From contig CAWHTV010000002.1 in the NCBI GenBank assembly GCA_963832395.1, positions 556,343 through 620,342 on the forward strand: a stretch of DNA of 64,000 bases. Reading direction: 5' to 3'. The notes under the pieces were generated by a model. It ran no database searches. It was not told the DNA's origin and saw only the letters and a list, made by a program, of their open reading frames with translations. Positions 20,816 to 29,063 of the stretch are shown here, one piece after another. Made by a program: the position numbers and the translations under genes. How positions within the stretch are numbered: the first letter of the stretch is position 1; the number at the start of each line of letters is the position of its first letter. This stretch comes from an uncultured delta proteobacterium (GTDB lineage: Bacteria > Desulfobacterota > Binatia > Binatales > Binataceae).

Positions 20816-22602
20816 ACCTCGAAGCTCTCCGGGAAGGGGCATCGATGCTCCGCGATGTGGGCCTCGAAGTCGGCGCGGAACTGCTTGAGGAACGCGCGCG
20901 CGGCCCACGACGCGCCGTCGGCGAGCGCGCAGATGCATTTGCCGTCCATGAAATCGAAAGTGTCGGCCAGGGTCTGGAGGTCCTGCGGCTCGCCCTCGCC
21001 GCTTTCGATCCGGCGGAGCGTCTTGTAGGTCCATCCGGTGCCCTCGCGGCACTGGGTGCATTGGCCGCACGATTCGTGCTCGAAAAAACGCGCCACCACC
21101 AGCGCCGTGCGCACCATGCAGGTGCGATCGTCCATCACGATCGCGCCGCCGGTGCCGATCAGCGTGCCGGCCGCGCGCAGCGATTCGTGATCCATCGCGA
21201 CGTCGATCTGATCGCCGCGCAACACCGGCATCGAGACGCCGCCCGGAATCACCGCCTTGATCGGCCGCCCGCTGGGCACGCCGCCGGCGTACTGATAGAT
21301 GAGGTCGCGCAGCTTCACGCCGAGCCTGAGCTCGAAAATCCCGGGATTGTTGACGTGGCCGCTTACGCCGAACAGCGTGTGGCCGGCGGCGTTCTTGACC
21401 CCTTCGTCGAGGAACCATTGCGCGCCGCGCATCACGATCGCCGGCACGTGCGAGAGCGTTTCGACGTTGTCGACCGTGGTCGGCTGGCCCCACAATCCGG
21501 CCTGCGCGGGAAAGGGCGGGCGCTTGCGCGGCTGCCCCTTGCGCCCTTCCATCGATTCCAGCATCCCGCTTTCTTCGCCGCAGATATACGCGCCCGCGCC
21601 TTGCTGGATGGTGATGTCGAAGCGGCGGTTGAAGCCGAGCGCGTTGTCGCCGAGAATTTTGGCTTCGTAGAGCGAGCGGATCGCCGCGCTCATCGCCGCG
21701 AATTCCTCGACGTATTCGCCGCGGATATAGATGAAGGCCGCGGTGGACTCCATCGCCATCGCCGCGATCATGATTCCCTCCAGCGGCAGGAACGGATTGC
21801 GCGACATGATCTGGCGATCCTTGAAGGTGCCGGGCTCGCTCTCGTCGGCGTTGACCGCGAGGTAGCGCGGGCGCGCGTCGCGCGGCGGCATGAACGTCCA
21901 CTTAAGGCCGGTGACGAAGCCGGCGCCGCCGCGGCCGCGCAGGTTGGAATCCTTCACCAGCGTGGCGAGGTCTTTGGGCGCCATCGCACCCGCCTTGGGC
22001 GCCGCCTCGAACCCGCCGTGCTCGCGGTATTCCTCGAGCGTCAGCCGTTTTTCATCGCCGCGCGGCAGCAGGTAGCCGTCGACGCCGTCGGGAACGCGCG
22101 AGATGACCGGCGCGGGGCGAGACGCCGCGCGCGCCGCTTCGGGCGATTCAAGCAGGCTCGCGGCGAACTCCGGCGTTACGTTTTCCAGGTACGGATTGCG
22201 GTTGACCTGCACCACCGGCGCGGTCGCGCATGAGCCTAGACATTCGACTTCCGCGATCGCGAAGCGGCCGTCGGGCGTCGCGGTGCCCGATTTGATCCCG
22301 AGCCGGCGTTCGAGCTCGCGCACCACGCCGCGCGCGCCGCGCAGGCAGCATGGCAGGTTGGTGCAGACCTGGATGACCGCCTGTGCGCGAGGCAGGTTGA
22401 AGAGCGAATAGAACGAGGCGACCTCGGCGACTTCGCTGGCGCGCATCCCGAACAGCGGCGCCAGCTCGGCGAAGGCTTCGGGGCCGAGCGCGCCCAGGTC
22501 GTCGCGGGCCAGATAGATCGCCGCCAGCAGCGCGCCGCGCGGGTTGGGAAAGCGCGCCTGCTCGGCGCGGATCTTTTCCTGCGTTTCAGCCGACAAGCCC
22601 AT
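20812..22602 (-). CDS. nuoEF: Fused NADH dehydrogenase subunits NuoE (24 kDa, 2Fe-2S) and NuoF (51 kDa, FMN/NADH, 4Fe-4S)
   Basis: The ORF is intact at 596 aa. The NuoE part reads VCTNLPCC...ECLGSCATAP. The NuoF part reads NLRGRGGAGF, NADESEPGTFKDR, YICGEESGMLESMEG and ESCGQCTQCREG...GKCICALADGA. Confidence 0.9.
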   Translation of the reverse strand: MGLSAETQEKIRAEQARFPNPRGALLAAIYLARDDLGALGPEAFAELAPLFGMRASEVAEVASFYSLFNLPRAQAVIQVCTNLPCCLRGARGVVRELERRLGIKSGTATPDGRFAIAEVECLGSCATAPVVQVNRNPYLENVTPEFAASLLESPEAARAASRPAPVISRVPDGVDGYLLPRGDEKRLTLEEYREHGGFEAAPKAGAMAPKDLATLVKDSNLRGRGGAGFVTGLKWTFMPPRDARPRYLAVNADESEPGTFKDRQIMSRNPFLPLEGIMIAAMAMESTAAFIYIRGEYVEEFAAMSAAIRSLYEAKILGDNALGFNRRFDITIQQGAGAYICGEESGMLESMEGRKGQPRKRPPFPAQAGLWGQPTTVDNVETLSHVPAIVMRGAQWFLDEGVKNAAGHTLFGVSGHVNNPGIFELRLGVKLRDLIYQYAGGVPSGRPIKAVIPGGVSMPVLRGDQIDVAMDHESLRAAGTLIGTGGAIVMDDRTCMVRTALVVARFFEHESCGQCTQCREGTGWTYKTLRRIESGEGEPQDLQTLADTFDFMDGKCICALADGASWAARAFLKQFRADFEAHIAEHRCPFPESFEV

Positions 22603-22640
22603 CGTGTTTCACGCTCGCGCCGTCGCGCCGGCCGCGTGCT

Positions 22641-23888
22641 CTAGCGGTCGCATTCGCCGCCGATCATGTTGATCAAGTCGAAAGTCGGCACCACGTCGGC
22701 CAGCATTCCGCCGGTGATCATCTTCTCCAGCGCCGACATGTTGGAAAAGCTCGGCGCGCGGCATCGGCATTTGTACGGCTTGCCGGTGCCGTCGCTCACG
22801 ATATAGAAACCGAGTTCGCCGTTGGCGCCCTCGACCGCGTGGTAGACCTCGCCCGGCGGCACCAGTCCGCCCTCGGTGACCAGCTTGAACTGGTCGATCA
22901 GTTCTTCCATGCGGCCGAACACCTTGCCCTTGCGCGGCCAGCGCACGCGCGGGTCGTCGGAGTTTACGGGTCCGGCGGGAATTTTCTCGAAGCACTGCGC
23001 GATCATGCGGCGGCTCTGGCGCAACTCCTCCAGGCGCACCAGGTAGCGATCGAAGTTGTCGCTATGCTCGCCGACCGGAACGTCGAAGTCCAACTCTCCG
23101 TATACGAGATACGGCTGCACGCGGCGCACGTCGTAGGGCACGCCGCCGGCGCGCAGGAGCGGACCGGTCACGCCATGCGCGATCAGCGTTTCGGGCGCCA
23201 GATGGCCGGTGCCCTCGACGCGGTCGCGAAAAACCGGATTTTGCGTGAGCAGCTTGTCGGCGTCGTCGAGCAGGCTGAGCGAACGGTCCAGCCGCTCGAC
23301 GGCGAAGCGATCGAAGCCCTCGGGAAGATCGGCCGAGACGCCGCCGATGCGGATGTAGTTGGTGGTGACGCGCGCGCCGCAAAGCGCGTCGAGCAGATCG
23401 CACATCAACTCGCGCGCCTCGAGCAGGTAGAGAAACGGCGTCATCGCCGCCAGCTCGAGCGCCATCGCACCGAGGCACAGGTAATGATCGCTCATGCGCG
23501 AGATTTCGCCCGCGATCACCCGGATGAAGTCGCAGCGCGGCGGCGTGCGCAGGTCCATCAGCTTCTCGACCGCGAGGCAGTAGCCGACGTTGTTGAGCAT
23601 CGGCGAGCTGTAGTTCAGCCGGTCGGTGTACGGGATGTTCTGGTAGTAGTAGCCGGTCTCGCACTCCTTCTCGAAGCCGCGATGGAGATAGCCGACCTGG
23701 ACGTCGGCCTTGACCACGCGCTCGCCGTCGAGGTCGAGCACCATCTTGACCGTGCCGTGGGTCGCCGGATGCGACGGGCCCATCTGCATCCGCATCAGCG
23801 GCGTCTGCAGATCGCGCGCCGGATCGGCGGGCGGCGCGTCAGTGGGGGCGGCGGGGTTCTTTGGCTCCAGGTCCGGCATAGGGTTCAA
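22641..23888 (-). CDS. nuoD: NADH dehydrogenase subunit D (49 kDa)
   Basis: The ORF is intact at 415 aa. It carries MGPSHPATHGTVKMVLDLDGE, HRGFEK, PYTDRLNY and a C-terminal IGGECDR. Confidence 0.9.
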   Translation of the reverse strand: MNPMPDLEPKNPAAPTDAPPADPARDLQTPLMRMQMGPSHPATHGTVKMVLDLDGERVVKADVQVGYLHRGFEKECETGYYYQNIPYTDRLNYSSPMLNNVGYCLAVEKLMDLRTPPRCDFIRVIAGEISRMSDHYLCLGAMALELAAMTPFLYLLEARELMCDLLDALCGARVTTNYIRIGGVSADLPEGFDRFAVERLDRSLSLLDDADKLLTQNPVFRDRVEGTGHLAPETLIAHGVTGPLLRAGGVPYDVRRVQPYLVYGELDFDVPVGEHSDNFDRYLVRLEELRQSRRMIAQCFEKIPAGPVNSDDPRVRWPRKGKVFGRMEELIDQFKLVTEGGLVPPGEVYHAVEGANGELGFYIVSDGTGKPYKCRCRAPSFSNMSALEKMITGGMLADVVPTFDLINMIGGECDR

Positions 23889-24492
23889 TCGGTTGTTCGT
23901 CGTGTTTGGCGTAGTCCTTGCGCAGCGGATGGCCGACGAATTCGTCGTAGAGATAGATGCGGCGAAGGTCCGGATGGCCGTCGAAGCGGATGCCGTAGAG
24001 GTCGAAAGTTTCGCGTTCGAGCCAGTTGGCGCCGGGCCATAGCGCGCTCAGGCTCGCGATCGCCGGATCGTCCTCGGGCACGCGGCACTTCACGCGCAGG
24101 CGATGGAGCAGGCGGGTGGAGACCAAATGATAGACCACGGCGAAGCGCGGAGCGTCGCCGCGCGCGGGCAGGTTCACGCGATGGCGCCACTCGGCGCGCT
24201 TGCGCACCAGGTTGTGATTGCGATCCCAGGTCTCGGGCGCGTTCTGGAAGCCGTCGGGCTGGCCGAAATAGTCGACGCAGGTCACGTCGAGCAGCAGGTC
24301 GAAGCCAAGCTCGGGCGAGTCGCGCAGCGTGCGCGCCGCTTCGAGAATATTCTCGCGCGCGACGTGGATGCAGTCGTCGCCGCGAAAGCTCTGATGCTCG
24401 GCGATCAGCGGACCGAGCCGCGCGATCACCTTTTGCAGCAGCGCGGAAAGCTCGGGCGGTGCGGGCGTTTTTGGTTCCTCGGCGGCGCTCAT
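23839..24492 (-). CDS. nuoC: NADH dehydrogenase subunit C (30 kDa)
   Basis: The ORF is intact at 217 aa (LLLDVTCVDY...FAVVYHLVS...ANWLERETFDLYGIRFDGHPDLRRI). It overlaps the annotated nuoD start by 50 nt. Confidence 0.85.
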   Translation of the reverse strand: MSAAEEPKTPAPPELSALLQKVIARLGPLIAEHQSFRGDDCIHVARENILEAARTLRDSPELGFDLLLDVTCVDYFGQPDGFQNAPETWDRNHNLVRKRAEWRHRVNLPARGDAPRFAVVYHLVSTRLLHRLRVKCRVPEDDPAIASLSALWPGANWLERETFDLYGIRFDGHPDLRRIYLYDEFVGHPLRKDYAKHDEQPIEPYAGPGAKEPRRPH

Positions 24493-24498
24493 CGGTCC

Positions 24499-25047
24499 TT
24501 ATTCGTAGTGGCCGCGCAGAAAATCGGTTCGGGTCTTGAGGCGATCCTGCGGCACCAGCAGATCGGTCTTGTGCCAGAGCGAGCCGCGGCGCGAGTAGCT
24601 CGCGATCTCGACCTCGCGGCTCATCACGATCGCCTCCTCGGGGCAGGCCTCCTCGCACAGCCCGCAGAACATGCAGCGCGACATGTCGATGTCGAAAATC
24701 TCGGGATAGCGCTCGACCTCGTCGGCGGTCTCGGCGGGAAAAATCGTGATGCAGGTGGTGGGGCAGGCCCATTCGCACAGCCCGCACGCGACGCATCGCT
24801 CCTTGCCGTTCTCCATCTGCACCAGCACCGGCATCCCGCGCATCGCCGGCGGCTGCACGAAGCGCTGCTCGGGAAAATAGACCGTGAAGTCCTGGCGCCC
24901 GCGCATGAAGCCAAACAGGTTGCGCAGCAGATGCGCCGTGGCGACCCACAGCCCCACCAGCACCGCCCACAACGCGTGCGGCCCGACCAGGCTTGGCGCC
25001 GGCCGCACCACCTTTACTACTCGAATCGCCATCCGGCGTCGCTTCAC
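24499..25047 (-). CDS. nuoI: NADH dehydrogenase subunit I (2x 4Fe-4S ferredoxin)
   Basis: It carries CVACGLCEWACP and CMFCGLCEEACP. The start is GTG 25047 or ATG 25032. Confidence 0.85.
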   Translation of the reverse strand: MKRRRMAIRVVKVVRPAPSLVGPHALWAVLVGLWVATAHLLRNLFGFMRGRQDFTVYFPEQRFVQPPAMRGMPVLVQMENGKERCVACGLCEWACPTTCITIFPAETADEVERYPEIFDIDMSRCMFCGLCEEACPEEAIVMSREVEIASYSRRGSLWHKTDLLVPQDRLKTRTDFLRGHYE

Positions 25048-25054
25048 CTGTCCG

Positions 25055-25110
25055 CGAGTACCAGTTTTGCAGTATCAGCTTCGCAGTATCAATCTTGCGG
25101 TATCAGTTTA
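25055..25110 (-). repeat. Four tandem copies of a 14-nt unit filling the MFS-nuoI spacer
   Basis: The minus strand reads taaaCTGATACCGC aagaTTGATACTGC gaagCTGATACTGC aaaaCTGGTACTCG. The first copy starts at the MFS stop codon. The array is AT-rich in a GC-rich genome. Confidence 0.8.
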
Positions 25111-26508
25111 GGCCGGCGACGGCCGCACCGTTGGCGCCGCGGCCTCGCCCGAGCTTTGCCCGGCCTTGACCGGCACCCATCCGCCGCGCACCGCGAGCAT
25201 TGCGGGAATAAGCGTCGCCATGCCCGCCACGGCCACCCACATCCATGCGGCCCATCCGTAGTGGCTCGAAACATAAGCGACCAGCGGACCCGAGATCGCT
25301 ATCCAGCCGCGATAGATCAACTGGAAGAACGACCATCCGCTCGCCTGCAACGCCGGCGAGATATCCTCGAGCAGTTCCGAATATTGCGCGCACCACGGGA
25401 TGAAGGCGAAGGCGACCAGACCGCCGAGCAGGAACATCACCGCGCTTAGCTGGAACGGCGGCAACGGATTGGAAAACGTTCCAATCCACCAGATCAGCAC
25501 CGCAAGACTGGCGACGGTGCCGATCAACACCAGCGGCTTGCGCACCCGCAGCTTGTCCGAGAGCAATCCGGCCGGCACCAGCATGAACAGATTGAGCAGC
25601 CAGAAGTACGACGCTATCTTGTCCGCCTCGGCCGGAGAGTAGTGGAACGCCCGCGTGAACATCACCGGGAAAAACGTCTGGCTGGTGATCGGCAGAGTCA
25701 GGAAGGCCACGCATCCGACCACCAGCACCCACACCTCCCAGCGGCTGAGCAACTCCTTGAAGGCCGCGCCGCCGCTGGCCGGAACTTCCATCGCCGTCTC
25801 GCGCAGGTGTTCGGCGGGCGCGGCGGCCACCGTGGTTTCGCTCTCGACGATGGTCAGGCGCAGGTTCGGATGAAGATCTTTAAGCCACAGCAGCACCGGG
25901 ATGTACATCAGGATCGACAGCAGATCCCCATTATCCAAATCTGCGATTGCCAGGTGCCGAAGATGGGCAGCGTCTCACCGCTGATGAAGTTCCACAGGAA
26001 AATGCACCCGACCGCGCCGACCGTGAGCAGGCCGAAGGCCGCGCCGCGGCTCACGCGCGGCGACATATCGCGGGTGAGGCCGCCGAGCGCGCCCCACATC
26101 AGCCCCGCCGTCAGATTCATCGCGCCGCGGATGATCACGAACGACCAGAACCCGGTCATCAGCAGATTGGCAAAGGTCAATACGATGATGACCGCGAGAC
26201 AAACGTCGATGACGATGATGCGGCCGTGGCGATCGGCGAGCGGCCCGCCGATCATCGCCGACCCGCCGGAGAGCAGCACCGCGAACAGCAGAAACAGGGT
26301 GAAGTTTTCCAGGCTGAAGTGCAGCGTCGGAATCCACAGCGGCAGCAGCGGCGCGAATTGGAATTCGTAGAAGGAGACGATCGTGGCGAGCACGGTGAGC
26401 ATCAGCATCGCCCAGCGATGCGCGCCGACCGGGATAGGTCTCGAGCGTGCGATGGGTCGCGAGGTAGCCCTTGAGGCCACCCGGTTCCGAAACCGCTGCG
26501 GTCGCCAT
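25108..26508 (-). CDS. MFS-type permease embedded in the nuo cluster; 2 frame breaks (about 26440 and 25930)
   Basis: The start is ATG 26508 (MATAAVSEPGG...). The hydrophobic segments join across ORFs 25908-26714 and 25108-25938. MFS loop motifs are GGPLADRHGRIIV in the first half and GLLSDKLRVRKP in the second half. Confidence 0.7.
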
Positions 26509-26599
26509 AGATTTTTGTCCCCCTGCGGCTTTCCGCCGGCGCGCGAGGCCGGTTCGCAAACCACAGAGTGCGTCAATTGATCGCCCGACGGCAAGCGAT

Positions 26600-28258
26600 T
26601 CAGCGGTCGCCCGCGCGTTGCGCGCCCGCCTCGTCGAGCATCGTGCCGCTGGCTCCCAGGGCCTCCAGCGAAATCCCGGCGAAGCGCGGATGCGCGCGCC
26701 GTATCGGTTCCCACATCGCTTCCGGATCGAAGCGGCGCTCACCGCCGATCGATCGCGTTGAGCAGACGGGTGAAGACCTCGCCATCGCTAAGCCATCCCG
26801 GCGGCGTCTCGATCGCCTTGAAGATGCGCTGCACGCGCCCGGCGTGATTGGTGAACGAGCCGTCCTTCTCGGCGAATGTCGTGGTGGGAAATACCACGGT
26901 CGCGCGGCCCAGGCGCGGATCGAGCCTCAGCGTCTGCACGATCAGCAGTTCGAGCCGTCCCAGGATTGCCTCGAGACGTTCGGGCGCGAGCGCGTCAAGC
27001 AGGTCGACGGATCGTCGCCGCAAAGATAGAGTCCCTTGAGCTCGCCCGCTTCCACGGCCCGCAGCAGCTCGCCGAGCCCGTCGTCGTCGCCGCTCACCAG
27101 TCCCAGCTCGCGCACGCCGCGCGCGTTAGGCGCCTTCTCGGCCTTGATCAGGAAGTCGTCGGCCGTTCCGCGCCGCACCGCCATCGCGGCCTTGCCCGCG
27201 CCGGCCGCGCGCATCAGCTCGCCGAAGCGAAAGTTTTCCTCGTTGGTGAGATGGGGCGAGATGACCGCGCCGAGCGCGCCGTCGCCGTGGCGCGCCTTGA
27301 GCGCGGCGATCGCCGCGGACGCGCGCGCCAGCGCCTCTTGCCACGGCGCCTGGACGAGCGCGCCGTTCTCCGCGACCATCGGCGCGCGCAGGCGCTCGGG
27401 CGCGTCGACGAACTTGTAATCCAGGCGCCCGTGGTCGCACATCCAGGTGTCGTTGACCGCGTCGTTGCGGCGCGGAATCAGCCGCCAGATGCGATTGCGA
27501 TACTCCGAGACCATGATGTTGCAGCCGTTGGAGCATCCGGGGCAAACGCTGGCGGTCTCCTGGAGAAACCACACGCGGATGCGATGATGGAAGTCCTTGC
27601 TTTCGAGCGCGCCCACCGGGCAGATGTCGGCGGTGCAGATGGAGTAGTCATTGTCGAGGCGGCGGTCATAGACGTCGAGCACCGAGCGGTCGCCCAGGTT
27701 GAAAACCGCGAGCTCGCCGGTCTTGCTGATTTCACGGCAAAAGCGCACGCAGCGCCGGCACAGGATGCATCGTTCCTGGTCGAGCAGCATGCGCTCGCCG
27801 ATGTCGACGCGCTTCTGATGCTTGCGCCGCGGCTCGAGCGTGCGCGCATGGCGGCTGCCAAAGCGCATCGCGTAGTTCTGCAGCCAGCACTCTCCGGCCT
27901 TGTCGCAGATCGGGCAATCCAGCGGATGGTTGAGCAGGAGCATCTCGAGCACGCCGCGGCGCGCCAGCGCGACCTCCGGATCCTCCGTATGCACGATCAT
28001 CCCGTCGCGCACCTGCGTGTTGCACGAGATCTGCAGCTTCGGCATCCCCTCGATCTTCACCTGGCAGAGCCGGCAACTGCCGTCGATGCTGAGCTTGGGA
28101 TGGTAGCAGTAGTGCGGGATGTCGAGCCCCGCGTCGAGCATCGCCTGCAACAGCGGCGTGCCCTCGGGCGCCTCGATCGCGCGGCCGTCGACCGTGAGCT
28201 TCGCGGTCTTGGGAGCGTTGGTCTTCGATGCGTTAGTCGAGCTTGCGTCCGCTGCCAT
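26600..28258 (-). CDS. nuoG: NADH dehydrogenase subunit G (75 kDa-type, short form); 2 frame breaks (about 27010 and 26770)
   Basis: It carries 2Fe-2S CYHPKLSIDGSCRLCQV, HPLDCPICDKAGEC, CILCRRCVRFC and ICPVGAL. The C-terminal part continues in ORFs 26739-27023 and 26600-26785. Confidence 0.8.
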
Positions 28259-28811
28259 GGAGACTGGCCCACAGTTGTGGCTGACGTTCGTTCTGGACGC
28301 GGTACTGCAGCTTGATCAGCCCGTCGAGCACGGCCTCGGGACGCGGCGGACATCCGGGAATATAGATGTCGACCGGGATGATGCGGTCGATGCCCTGGAG
28401 CACGGCGTAGTTGTCGTAGGGACCACCCGAACTGGTGCAGGCGCCGAACGACACCACCCACTTCGGCTCCGCCATCTGCTCCCACACGCGGCGCAGGATG
28501 GGCGCCTGGCGCTGGGTGATGGTGCCGACCACGAACAGCAGGTCGGCCTGGCGCGGAGTGAAGCGCGGCAGCGCGGCGCCGAAGCGGTCGATATCGTAGC
28601 GGGGGCCGGCCACCGAGAAATATTCCATCCCGCAGCACGCGGTGACGAACGGGTAGCTGAAAAAGGAATACTTGCGCGCCCACTGCACGGCGTCATGCAA
28701 TCGCGTGAGCGCGAAGCTTTCGGGGAAGGCCGCGCTCTCGTCGTTGAGCGAATGGCGCGCGAGTCCGCCGCGCACCAGGAAGGCCGAAAATCTGCGTTGA
28801 CGCTGAGCCAT
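28233..28811 (-). CDS. nuoB: NADH dehydrogenase subunit B (20 kDa, cluster N2)
   Basis: The ORF is intact at 192 aa (FVTACCGMEY...VVSFGACTSSGGPY...IYIPGCPPRPEA). It overlaps the nuoG start by 26 nt. Confidence 0.9.
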   Translation of the reverse strand: MAQRQRRFSAFLVRGGLARHSLNDESAAFPESFALTRLHDAVQWARKYSFFSYPFVTACCGMEYFSVAGPRYDIDRFGAALPRFTPRQADLLFVVGTITQRQAPILRRVWEQMAEPKWVVSFGACTSSGGPYDNYAVLQGIDRIIPVDIYIPGCPPRPEAVLDGLIKLQYRVQNERQPQLWASLHGSGRKLD

Positions 28812-28821
28812 ATTGAAGGTC

Positions 28822-28869
28822 CCGCAAAACCTATCGCGAACTTGCCGTAAATCCGCCGCAAACTTGCCG
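28822..28869. promoter_or_regulatory. Direct repeats in the divergent nuoB/amidohydrolase control region
   Basis: CGCGAACTTGCCG (28835-28847) and CGCAAACTTGCCG (28857-28869) match at 12 of 13 positions and are spaced 22 bp apart. A partial third copy, CCGCAAAAC, lies at 28822-28830. Confidence 0.3.
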
Positions 28870-29063
28870 CGAAGCTTTACGCGTGGAGTCCCGCGTCGCC
28901 GCGCCTGTATCGCGTTCGGCGCGCTGCCGGCTACGTTCGATTCATCTTTCGCGAAATGGCCTTCGAGGGCAAGGCCACCGGATTTGCAATCGCGGCGCTA
29001 TCGGTGGTTAGAAGAGACGAGACGCCCTGGCGGCGGCGAAATCCGGAGGGAGGGGAAACCACG

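Noticed and set aside
23839-23888. The 50-nt nuoC/nuoD overlap could signal a fused nuoCD.
   Set aside because: The two ORFs are in different frames, and nuoC has its own stop codon. Later in-frame Met codons could also serve as the nuoD start, so there is no evidence for a fusion.
22839-24539. Very long ORFs lie antisense to conserved genes. Examples are 22839-24539 (+, 566 aa), 40938-43598 (+, 886 aa), 51617-53806 (-, 729 aa), 46786-48378 (-, 530 aa), 14274-15647 (-) and 17324-18349 (-).
   Set aside because: They are Arg/Ala/Gly/Pro-rich, low-complexity shadow ORFs of the kind expected opposite real genes in high-GC DNA. Each overlaps a gene with unmistakable conserved motifs on the other strand.
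25055-25110. The short tandem repeats here, at 39921-39980 and at 59127-59154 could be CRISPR arrays.
   Set aside because: The units are 12-14 nt, directly abutting, with no spacers, and there are only 2-5 copies. This is not CRISPR architecture, and no cas genes are present.
28700-28811. A twin-arginine-like motif sits at the NuoB N-terminus (QRRFSAFLV). This recalls the Tat signals of the homologous NiFe-hydrogenase small subunits.
   Set aside because: No hydrophobic h-region or cleavage site follows (GGLARHSLNDESAAF), so it is most likely coincidental.
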